Shown: in pieces, positions 1-7,956 of the stretch | Numbering within the stretch: the first letter of the stretch is position 1 | Layout: every line of letters begins with the position of its first letter | Source: Candidatus Omnitrophota bacterium | Lineage (GTDB): Bacteria > Hinthialibacterota > Hinthialibacteria > Hinthialibacterales > Hinthialibacteraceae | Reading direction: 5' to 3' | NCBI GenBank assembly: GCA_040755155.1 | Contig: JBFMBP010000084.1 | Span: forward strand, 405-64,404 | DNA length: 64,000 bases | Notes under the pieces: model-generated | The model's input: the letters and a program-made list of their open reading frames with translations, nothing else | The model's database searches: none | Told to the model about the DNA's origin: nothing | Made by a program: the position numbers and the translations under genes

Positions 1-23
1 AACGTTATAAATATTCAATATTT

Positions 24-389
24 ATGAATATCGAGGGTAAAATGAATGTACCTACAAGCGCAGAAGAATGGTTGGAATTACCCGAAATCAGCGTACCACC
101 GGTAGATAGTAAAATATATCATGTGTTAAAAGTAGGTTTTGCTTTAACTTCAAAACAGGAATGCTACAAATTAAGTATTCCAGCGATTGAAAAGGAGATT
201 GGCAGGTGTATATTGCCTACCTGTTTAATTAAAAATATCGATGGGAAACAAGTGCTTCATAGGTGCCCGCTAAGTTTAACTGAATGGGCAATATCAACAG
301 TAGCGCTAGCTCAAGCTGGAATGAATCCATTACCTTGTGATATTGAGTTCGGAATAATGGGAGATAGGGTTTATGCAGAAATGTTATGA
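24..389 (+). CDS. hypothetical protein in a low-GC (about 37%) segment at the window edge; no recognisable domain
   Basis: 121-aa ORF. Local AT-richness contrasts with the ~55-58% GC core. No motif recognised. Confidence 0.35.
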   Translation: MNIEGKMNVPTSAEEWLELPEISVPPVDSKIYHVLKVGFALTSKQECYKLSIPAIEKEIGRCILPTCLIKNIDGKQVLHRCPLSLTEWAISTVALAQAGMNPLPCDIEFGIMGDRVYAEML

Positions 390-499
390 TTAATTATTTT
401 TCTAGATGTATAAGATTTAGCGAGAAAAGTAAAGATTTATTCAGAACGCCAAGCAGGCGTTTCGGGGGTGGCAAGGGCAAGGTTATTTTTTGCCCTTGA

Positions 500-635
500 G
501 TAATCCCCACGACTTGTGGGTAAAGATCAGCCCTTTGGGAGAGAGGGGTAGGGTGAGGGGGGGTAAGTTTAATCTTATCAGCCCTCACATAACCACTCTC
601 AATCTTGGTAGAGGGATTGGGGAAACAGCAAATTA
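500..635. repeat. palindromic MITE/REP-like element, family A copy 1 (degenerate)
   Basis: Nested hairpins (caagggcaa..ttgcccttg; cccac..gtggg) and a gggtagggtgaggg / ccctcac core. It resembles the element at 45195-45305 in opposite orientation. Confidence 0.45.
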
Positions 636-666
636 ATTGAAAAATGGCCTTCGTGCATAATATGAG

Positions 667-1851
667 TCACAATCCTTTGCGGATAACGATATCGCAAATG
701 GGACCTCGGCTGCGCTCTCCTTTCAGCACAATGTGGCCGTAATTCGATTCGCCTATGCAGGTTTTCACGATCCAATTCAATCCATTATTGAATTTATTCA
801 AATACCGGTTGTCGATCTGTTCCACATCGCCTAAACATACGCATTTGGAACCGTGGCTCATACGGGTCAGGAGGCTGCGCACTTCCACCCGCGAAAGGTT
901 TTGCGTCTCGTCGACGATCACGAACGCATTTTCGATGTTCATGCCGCGGATATAGGCGATAGGCAGAATTTCGAAGAATTCGGGATTGAGTTTTAATTTT
1001 TGCGGCGTTGAGTCGTCCGTGAATACGCGGCTGCATTTGCTCTTCCGTTGCAAATGCAATTTGTAGATCAAACTGCGAAGATACCGTACATATGGATCGA
1101 CCTTGTCTTCCACGTCGCCGGGAAGAAAGCCGAGACTGTCGCCCACTTCGATAGTCGGTTTGATGAGGTATATTTTTTCGTATTTCTTGTCCTGAATCAC
1201 TTCCTGCATGGCGGCGGCTAAAGAAATATACGATTTGCCGTATCCGGCCTTGGATTGAATGGTTACCAGATGGATGTGGGGGGATAGCATCAGTTCAAAG
1301 GCCAGATTCTGATAGACGTTCAACGGCTTGACATTCCATACCTTGTGTTCGTAATCGATGATTTTGCTTTCCGACGGCGAAATATGGAGAAGCGGCTTGC
1401 CGTTTTCCCAGGAAAAAGAATTGGGAATAAAGCCATTGTTTCCCGGTTCGAATCCAGTATATAACTGCGATTCGGATTGAAAGGGGATGGAGCCTTCGAA
1501 CGGTTCGCTGGCGATTTGGTGGTATTTGCATAAGACGCGGAACAATTTGTCGTTGGTTACCAGTATGGGATTTGGGATTCCCGAATGTTTGATGTCTTCC
1601 AAAATTCGCAAATCGCCGTTGGGATGTTTGGAAAATTCGGCGCCGATGATCCGAATATAATCGCCGCCTTCAATCTCATCTATAACCCGCGAAACGATGG
1701 GCGCCAACCGCTTGTCTTTCTTGAGGCTGTCCAATTCGAGAATGACGGTATAAGGCAAATAAATATTGTTTTCCGTTCCGTTGCGCAAAATTTCAAAGCA
1801 TTTAGGATTGTCCAGCAATACGCTCGTATCGACAACGAAATTTTTCTGCAT
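667..1851 (-). CDS. phoH: PhoH2-type protein: N-terminal PIN domain fused to a PhoH-like P-loop ATPase
   Basis: N-terminus MQKNFVVDTSVLLDNP is a PIN signature. Walker A GYGKSY and PhoH-like C-terminal region. GGAGG RBS upstream. Confidence 0.85.
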   Translation of the reverse strand: MQKNFVVDTSVLLDNPKCFEILRNGTENNIYLPYTVILELDSLKKDKRLAPIVSRVIDEIEGGDYIRIIGAEFSKHPNGDLRILEDIKHSGIPNPILVTNDKLFRVLCKYHQIASEPFEGSIPFQSESQLYTGFEPGNNGFIPNSFSWENGKPLLHISPSESKIIDYEHKVWNVKPLNVYQNLAFELMLSPHIHLVTIQSKAGYGKSYISLAAAMQEVIQDKKYEKIYLIKPTIEVGDSLGFLPGDVEDKVDPYVRYLRSLIYKLHLQRKSKCSRVFTDDSTPQKLKLNPEFFEILPIAYIRGMNIENAFVIVDETQNLSRVEVRSLLTRMSHGSKCVCLGDVEQIDNRYLNKFNNGLNWIVKTCIGESNYGHIVLKGERSRGPICDIVIRKGL

Positions 1852-2221
1852 AAATGCCTCCGGCCCAGGAATCGTTCGCGATTCCTGGCGAATGATTATT
1901 AGGATTCATTTTTTCAGGGGCTTTATTCAAGGAGGGGATTACCCCGCTGTTTGAGATAGCCCGATCGACGAAAGAGAGTGGTTTCAATATCATAAACAGG
2001 ACGCAAATTTCGCATTGAATTATAGGTATGGTAAAATTCTATGATATAACATCATATAAGTCAATAAATTACTTTATTTAATTTCCATTAAGCCGGATCT
2101 ATTTCCCGTACTATTGAAAAATGAATAGGTTACGTTCATGATGGGAAAGGGAGGGAAATCCTAGCGGATGCCTCCTGGCATCCATTTCGACATGATTTCA
2201 TCGAAATGGGGATGGATAAAA

Positions 2222-3001
2222 TCAAAAAGAATCGACGCTGAACGCCCGGCAGGCATTCTGGAACGTTAATGCGCCGATATTCTCCAAGGTTACTCCTCGC
2301 AGTTCCGCCAGTTTCTTCGCCGTTTCCACCAGCATTTTGGGTTCGCATGTCCCTCCTCGATAAGGAATCGGGGCGAGATATGGGGCGTCGGTTTCGATGA
2401 GTAAGTTCTCTTCCGGAACGAGACTGGCGATCCGTTGCATTTCCTTGGCGTTCTTGAAAGTGAGAATGCCGGAAAAGGAGATGAAATAGCCTAACGCCGC
2501 CGCCTTTTCCATAACGGTTTGCGAGGCGGTGAAGCAATGCAGGATAGCGGCGGCGGGGGGATCGCTTTCCAGAATCCGCAGAAAATCTTCGTCAGCTTCC
2601 CGCAGATGAACGATAAGAATTTTTCCCAATTCATTGGCCAATCGCGACTGCTCGCAGAAGCGTTCGATTTGCATCTCTTTCGGTCCCGAGGGGTAGTGGT
2701 ATTCCAATCCCGCTTCGCCAATGGCGCAGACCTTGGGATGAGCTGCCAAGGTCCGCAGCTCTTCGATGTAACCATTCGCAGCCTTCGCCGCCGCATGAGG
2801 CGAGACGCCCACAGCGGCATATAAACCGGGATAGCGTTGCGCTTGTTCGACGGCGCGGCGGCTGCTTTCGAGATCGTAGCCCACGACGGCGCCGCGCGCA
2901 ACGCCGGCTTGAACCGCTTCCAGCCACACGCTTTCTTCTCTGCCCATTAAAATGGGATCGTTCAAGTGGTGATGGCTGTCGAAAAATCGGATTTCATTCA
3001 T
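2222..3001 (-). CDS. tatD: TatD family metal-dependent hydrolase (DNase)
   Basis: N-terminal FDSHHHL motif and the conserved TatD His/Glu/Asp pattern through the C-terminus; 259 aa. Confidence 0.9.
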   Translation of the reverse strand: MNEIRFFDSHHHLNDPILMGREESVWLEAVQAGVARGAVVGYDLESSRRAVEQAQRYPGLYAAVGVSPHAAAKAANGYIEELRTLAAHPKVCAIGEAGLEYHYPSGPKEMQIERFCEQSRLANELGKILIVHLREADEDFLRILESDPPAAAILHCFTASQTVMEKAAALGYFISFSGILTFKNAKEMQRIASLVPEENLLIETDAPYLAPIPYRGGTCEPKMLVETAKKLAELRGVTLENIGALTFQNACRAFSVDSF

Positions 3002-3008
3002 GGGGCTA

Positions 3009-3788
3009 TTATCGAAGCATTAGATATTCGATCGGATCGAATCCCGTCGTCAATTTGACGCCTAAAACGAATAGAAGCGTATAGATAATACCGAGAAAAA
3101 CCTTCTCGTTCATTTTCTTATTCATCCATACGCCCAAAAAAACGCCCACGGGGACGAAGGGCAATAAAAACGCACTCGTCGAAAAACGGTCGAGGTTAAT
3201 CAAATGGAGATAGAAATAGGGGATTAATTTCAAACCGTTGACGATAGTGAAGAGAATCACTGTGGTTCCGACAAACAACCGGCGGCCCATATTTTGCGGT
3301 AGGAGATACATCGTAGCTACCGGACCGGCGGCGTGGGCCAAGCTGGAGGTCAAGCCGATGCCGGTTCCGAAAATCCAGCCATGCCACCCTTGCGGATGGT
3401 AGTCTTTCAGTTCTTTCATGATCCAAAATTTTCCCATTTCATAAACCACATACAACAAGGTAAGGACGCCGATCCAGAATTTCAGGTCTACGCCTCCTTC
3501 TTGTCCTTGGGTTTTCCAGAGGATCAAACTTCCGAGAGAAATGCCGATTACGACGCCGGGCAGCAGATAAATGAGGTTCTTTTTATCGAAAGTGGAACGG
3601 TAATGATACAGTGCGAAGAGATCGCAGGAGCATAAGATCGGCAGCATAACGGCGATGGCCGCTTTTTCGTCGCCATTCATGGCGAAGATAAGAATGGGAA
3701 CCGCCGCGATTCCCACCCCTCCGCCGAAGCCTGCTTTGGCGATTCCCACTAATATGACAGCTAAGGGGGCTAAAAGATAAAATTCCAT
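3009..3788 (-). CDS. TauE/SafE (DUF81) family sulfite/anion exporter, membrane protein
   Basis: About 8 TM segments with Gly-rich motifs (GFGGGVG, GTGIGL) typical of DUF81. Confidence 0.8.
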   Translation of the reverse strand: MEFYLLAPLAVILVGIAKAGFGGGVGIAAVPILIFAMNGDEKAAIAVMLPILCSCDLFALYHYRSTFDKKNLIYLLPGVVIGISLGSLILWKTQGQEGGVDLKFWIGVLTLLYVVYEMGKFWIMKELKDYHPQGWHGWIFGTGIGLTSSLAHAAGPVATMYLLPQNMGRRLFVGTTVILFTIVNGLKLIPYFYLHLINLDRFSTSAFLLPFVPVGVFLGVWMNKKMNEKVFLGIIYTLLFVLGVKLTTGFDPIEYLMLR

Positions 3789-3807
3789 ATTCGTCTCGGA
3801 TAAAGAC

Positions 3808-4227
3808 TTACTTAATGGCTATTTGACTCAAGTCGATAAAGTGGAGAGGTAGACTTTGAAGGGTGCGAAAATCTGGATCCGTGGTCACGAATAGTTCGCA
3901 TCCATATTTAACGGCGAAAGCGATATGGGTTGCATCAATGGCTTTAAGGTTATCTCGTTGAGCGCAAAGCAGCGCGTCAATGAACACCGTATCGAACGCA
4001 GTAAATCGAATGGCTTCCGAGAAGACTTTATTGTAGCGGATAATAATGTCATTCCGGTTCATTCGATAAGGTTTAAGCAATACTTCAAGGATTACTAAAT
4101 CGGAAAAGCATAATTGCCACCCATTGTCCCCCAATGATTTCAATTCTATTTGCACAATATCTCGATAAACTGGAATCCCTTCAGCGCAAGCGATCCAAAT
4201 GGAGGAGTCAAGATATGCGTATTTCAT
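3808..4227 (-). CDS. vapC: PIN-domain toxin (VapC-like)
   Basis: N-terminus MKYAYLDSSIW and C-terminal TTDPDF acidic residues are characteristic of PIN. Start chosen at the internal Met. Confidence 0.7.
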   Translation of the reverse strand: MKYAYLDSSIWIACAEGIPVYRDIVQIELKSLGDNGWQLCFSDLVILEVLLKPYRMNRNDIIIRYNKVFSEAIRFTAFDTVFIDALLCAQRDNLKAIDATHIAFAVKYGCELFVTTDPDFRTLQSLPLHFIDLSQIAIK

Positions 4228-4231
4228 CCAT

Positions 4232-4462
4232 TCATCCTCTCGCTTCATGGAGGTCGCGGATGATCTCCTCGTGAGTGAGGCGGGGAAAATCAAGTTTATC
4301 GAATTCCTCAAACGCTTTCTCTATCGCCGACCAATGGCCTTTTTCAGTATTGTGAATTCCCGCTTCGCTAGTTTCCAAGATAACGATATCCCCTGGCTTG
4401 AGCGCAGGCGATTTCACGCGCAGAACTCCTTGTTCTGTAACTTCCGCTGTGAGACTCATAGC
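4232..4462 (-). CDS. vapB: putative antitoxin partner of VapC (AbrB/SpoVT-like swapped-hairpin)
   Basis: Small ORF immediately upstream of the PIN gene, about 4 bp apart. GVLRVKSPALKPGDIVIL resembles an AbrB-type DNA-binding loop. Start uncertain (ORF extends to 4573). Confidence 0.5.
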   Translation of the reverse strand, partial: AMSLTAEVTEQGVLRVKSPALKPGDIVILETSEAGIHNTEKGHWSAIEKAFEEFDKLDFPRLTHEEIIRDLHEARG

Positions 4463-4769
4463 GCCTCTCCTTTTGACTCCTTTGATCAATTGTTGCGTCA
4501 GAATAAGCATATTGTATTCGTTTTTGGAAGGCAATGATCGATGCGATAAAACATTCCCTTTATCCCGGCTCAAGAATGACCAGGCTTATTCGAAGAGGAA
4601 GGATGCGAATTTCCCGCTAAGCCGGATGGGGATGAACGAGAAAATGATGTTTGGATGCATCTATATGTTTCCTGATTATTGTACCTTGAAATGGAAGAAG
4701 CCGAAACCCTAGGAATTTCTTCTTAGGCTTATCGAAACCGCCAGGCAAAACGGTTTTCTGAAAATAATT

Positions 4770-4786
4770 AGGCACACCGGTTGCAT
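4770..4786 (+). promoter_or_regulatory. sigma-54 (-24/-12) promoter candidate upstream of flgK
   Basis: aGGCACaccggTTGCAtt has exact GG-N10-GC spacing of the TGGCAC-N5-TTGCW consensus, about 100 bp upstream of the flgK ATG. Confidence 0.5.
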
Positions 4787-4888
4787 TACTACTTCGAGAC
4801 GAGTTATAGCAAGCCATAAGACCGGAAATATTTGCCTAGTTAAAAGCATTTCCAGAACGAAAACGGCTGCATCAACCGGTGAAACGCT

Positions 4889-7800
4889 ATGGTATCGCTT
4901 TTCGGGATACTCAATATAGGCACTCAGGGAATCTTCTCCGCCCAAGCCGGACTGGATGCTACGGGACAGAATATAACCAATGCCAATACCGATGGCTATT
5001 CGCGGCAGCGGGTGGTTCAGCAGGCCTCGAATCCTCTTGTAACGCCTCAAGGCGCATACGGGCAAGGAGTGGAAGTCGTTACCATCGAGAGAATTCGGGA
5101 TTTGTTTTTGGAAGGGCAAATCCGCAGCGCGCAAAGCGACGTCTCTTACAATGAGGAGTTGGAAAACACGATTCTCCGCATCGAAGGCATACTCAGCGAT
5201 CCTCTTGCCTCCATTACGGATACGGCGGATCAATCCTCTACCGGGGGTTTGAATAACCTTCTCTCGCGCTTTTTCCAAGCCTTCCATGAACTTTCTCTAA
5301 CGCCGGAAGCGCCCGAACTGCGGACGGCGGCTATCGAAAGCGCCATCTCCTTGGCGGATACGATCAATACCATCTCGGAACAGCTCAATACGCTGCGCAG
5401 CGATTTGAACGATCGCGTATCGTTGATGGTGGAAGACCTTAACCGCATGAGCGATGAAATCGCGCAACTCAATCACAACATCGTTCTCACGGAAAGCAAG
5501 GAGAATGTCAAAGCCAACGATTTGCGCGACCGCCGGGATTTGCTGTTGTCGCAAATGTCGGAAATGATTCCCATCACGACGTCGGAAGACGAGAATGGCG
5601 CGGTAAGCGTGGCCGTGGGGGGACAGCGCATCGTCGATGGCGTACAAACCAAAGAACTGAAACTCGAGGTTGTAGAAAAAGCGAATGGCGTGAATATTGT
5701 CAGCATCCGTGTGGGCGAAAATGGCTTGTATACCTTGGATGATAAGATTCGCAAAGGCGAACTAGGCGGCGTTCTCGACGCCCGCGACCGCATCGTTCCC
5801 TTCCTGCAGCAAGATATCGACGAACTGGCGCGAGGGATCATTAATGAAGTGAATAAAATCCACAGCGGCGCAGCCGGGCTGGAAGGATACTCCTCGTTAA
5901 GAAGCCATTTCGCGATCCCCGAGGGCGCCGAGAGTCCTTCGTCGAAACTAACGCTGGATGAGATCTTCAATCATCCCAGTTTGCCTAAAGACGCGCCCCT
6001 CGGCGATTATCCCTATGCCATTCAAGAAGGATCGTTCTCCATCCGCGTCTCCGGCGCCGATGATGAAATCAAAGACGAATATGAAGTCAAAGTAGGTTTG
6101 GACGATACATTGACCGAACTGGTGGAGCGCATCGATCGCAGCGACGGCATCGTGGCGAAAGCGCAATCCGCTTTGAGTTTCAATCCGGTCTACGTCTCCG
6201 AAGTTACAGCCCAGCAAGGAGCGAAGAGTACGGAATTGAATGTAGGCTTAGGTCTTTTAAGCAGTTCGATAGGTTATCCGATCTCCGAACAACAGGGAAA
6301 CTTTTCTCTCGAGATTCACATCCGGGATAGCGCCGGTAGGGAAGTGGACTCCGACGCCGCCGCCGAAGGCGTACAACCTTTTACCGTAACCTTTACTAAC
6401 GCCGATACTTTGGAAAGCTTGGCGACGAAAATTCAAACCGCCGCCGGAGGCCGCGTGCGCGCCAATTTGGTTCCCAGCGAAGACGATCCCAACGTTAGCG
6501 TTTTAAAGTTGCAGACCGTCAATAACAAGGAAACGTTTTCCATTCAAAATGACGATTCGGGAATATTTCGCGCTTTCGAATTCCCGATGACCGATCCCAC
6601 GGTTCCCTTGATCGGCGGCAACGCCGAACGAGCCGCCGGAACGTTTCAAGGAGATCCGGCAGACACTTTTTTGGGTGCGGGAAATCCCAGTTTCTCGCCC
6701 GCTTTTCCCGGTCCGCCTCCCAGCGTCATCTCCGATGGCAGCTTCGAACTGGTCGTTTTGGATAATAACAATACGCCAACGGTCACAACTATAACAATCT
6801 CCAATTCGGCCATTAACACAATGAACGACTTGGCGCAGGCGATCAGCCAGGCGGACGCCAATCTGGACGTAACGGTCGATGGCGGAGAACTCGTTATCAA
6901 TTCCTCCAACTATCGCTCTTTCTTTTTCCAAAACGATACGACCGGCCTGATTGATGCGTTGGGATTCCAGGATATTGACGGTTTCGGAAAAATAGGGGAT
7001 CAACCGTTTACGGATGGAAGTTTCGAGGTCGTCGTCGCCAACGAAACGGGAATGGTGACGAGTATTTTCGAAGTCCCTATTCAAGCCGATCCTTCCGTTG
7101 TCGGCGGCGTCATGTCGTTGCAGGATATCGTCGATAACATTAACCAGGCGGCGGGGACGGCGGGCGCGCCCGTCGTTGCTTCGATCGCCGTCGATCCTCA
7201 AAATCCTTCCTTGAATCGCATTCAAATCGATGCCGCCCGCGGATTCGAATTCACCTTCCGCAGCGACGATAGTTTAGTCCTATCGGCGCTGGGATTTACC
7301 GATGGCCCCGTTCTGGCTCAAACCCTCGACAATCCCATCAGCGGCGCCGAATATCCTATCGCTATAGGCGATAATATCGGCGGTTTGGTACGGGCGAAGA
7401 TGAACGAGACGACGGATTTTCAGATTTATACTTCGACGAGCGAACGCATCGCCTTCGGCGCCGATTCCAGCCATGTTCTGGCGGCGGCGGGAATCAACGC
7501 GCTCTTCTTCGGATCGGACGGCCAGTCTATGCGGGTCAATGACGCGATCGTAGAGAACGTCAACCTGCTGGCGGTCTCCTCCGACGGCTCCGCCGGCAAC
7601 AATGAAGCGGCGTTGGCTATCGCCGATTTGGAAAACGAAGGGGTGATAGGCGGGAAATCTTTGGCCGAGTCCTATCGTTCCATGATTTCGCAATTGGGCA
7701 TGGAAGGCAGCCGGGCGACTCAGTTCTTCCAAACGAACGAAAAAATACTCAGCGAATTGAAAGGCTTGCGGGAACAAGATTCGGGCGTATCGCTCGACGA

Positions 7801-7909
7801 AGAATCGGTGAATTTGATCCGATACCAGCAAGCCTATCAGGCGTCGGCGCGGGTGATAACGACCGTCAATACTCTGTTGGATTTAATCGTCAGCCAACTC
7901 GGCCCCTGA
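4889..7909 (+). CDS. flgK: flagellar hook-associated protein 1 FlgK, unusually long (1006 aa) with a large central insertion
   Basis: N-terminus SLFGILNIGTQGI...TNANTDGYSRQ and C-terminus YQQAYQASARVITTVNTLLDLI are canonical FlgK/rod-family termini. The central ~500 aa has no recognisable similarity. Confidence 0.9.
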   Translation: MVSLFGILNIGTQGIFSAQAGLDATGQNITNANTDGYSRQRVVQQASNPLVTPQGAYGQGVEVVTIERIRDLFLEGQIRSAQSDVSYNEELENTILRIEGILSDPLASITDTADQSSTGGLNNLLSRFFQAFHELSLTPEAPELRTAAIESAISLADTINTISEQLNTLRSDLNDRVSLMVEDLNRMSDEIAQLNHNIVLTESKENVKANDLRDRRDLLLSQMSEMIPITTSEDENGAVSVAVGGQRIVDGVQTKELKLEVVEKANGVNIVSIRVGENGLYTLDDKIRKGELGGVLDARDRIVPFLQQDIDELARGIINEVNKIHSGAAGLEGYSSLRSHFAIPEGAESPSSKLTLDEIFNHPSLPKDAPLGDYPYAIQEGSFSIRVSGADDEIKDEYEVKVGLDDTLTELVERIDRSDGIVAKAQSALSFNPVYVSEVTAQQGAKSTELNVGLGLLSSSIGYPISEQQGNFSLEIHIRDSAGREVDSDAAAEGVQPFTVTFTNADTLESLATKIQTAAGGRVRANLVPSEDDPNVSVLKLQTVNNKETFSIQNDDSGIFRAFEFPMTDPTVPLIGGNAERAAGTFQGDPADTFLGAGNPSFSPAFPGPPPSVISDGSFELVVLDNNNTPTVTTITISNSAINTMNDLAQAISQADANLDVTVDGGELVINSSNYRSFFFQNDTTGLIDALGFQDIDGFGKIGDQPFTDGSFEVVVANETGMVTSIFEVPIQADPSVVGGVMSLQDIVDNINQAAGTAGAPVVASIAVDPQNPSLNRIQIDAARGFEFTFRSDDSLVLSALGFTDGPVLAQTLDNPISGAEYPIAIGDNIGGLVRAKMNETTDFQIYTSTSERIAFGADSSHVLAAAGINALFFGSDGQSMRVNDAIVENVNLLAVSSDGSAGNNEAALAIADLENEGVIGGKSLAESYRSMISQLGMEGSRATQFFQTNEKILSELKGLREQDSGVSLDEESVNLIRYQQAYQASARVITTVNTLLDLIVSQLGP

Positions 7910-7956
7910 CCGGCGATCGCCGATTCAGCCGCGCCGTCTAGCGTAAGGATGCGTCC

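Noticed and set aside
4709-5287. 192-aa minus-strand ORF overlapping the flgK start and the sigma-54 promoter
   Set aside because: It overlaps a confidently called gene start and the promoter, and has no recognisable features. Likely spurious.
6503-7225. 240-aa minus-strand ORF (and several similar ones, such as 5473-5970, 9336-9912, 9346-9912) inside flgK/flgL
   Set aside because: Antisense open frames are expected in GC-rich coding DNA. They have no motifs and fully overlap well-supported genes.
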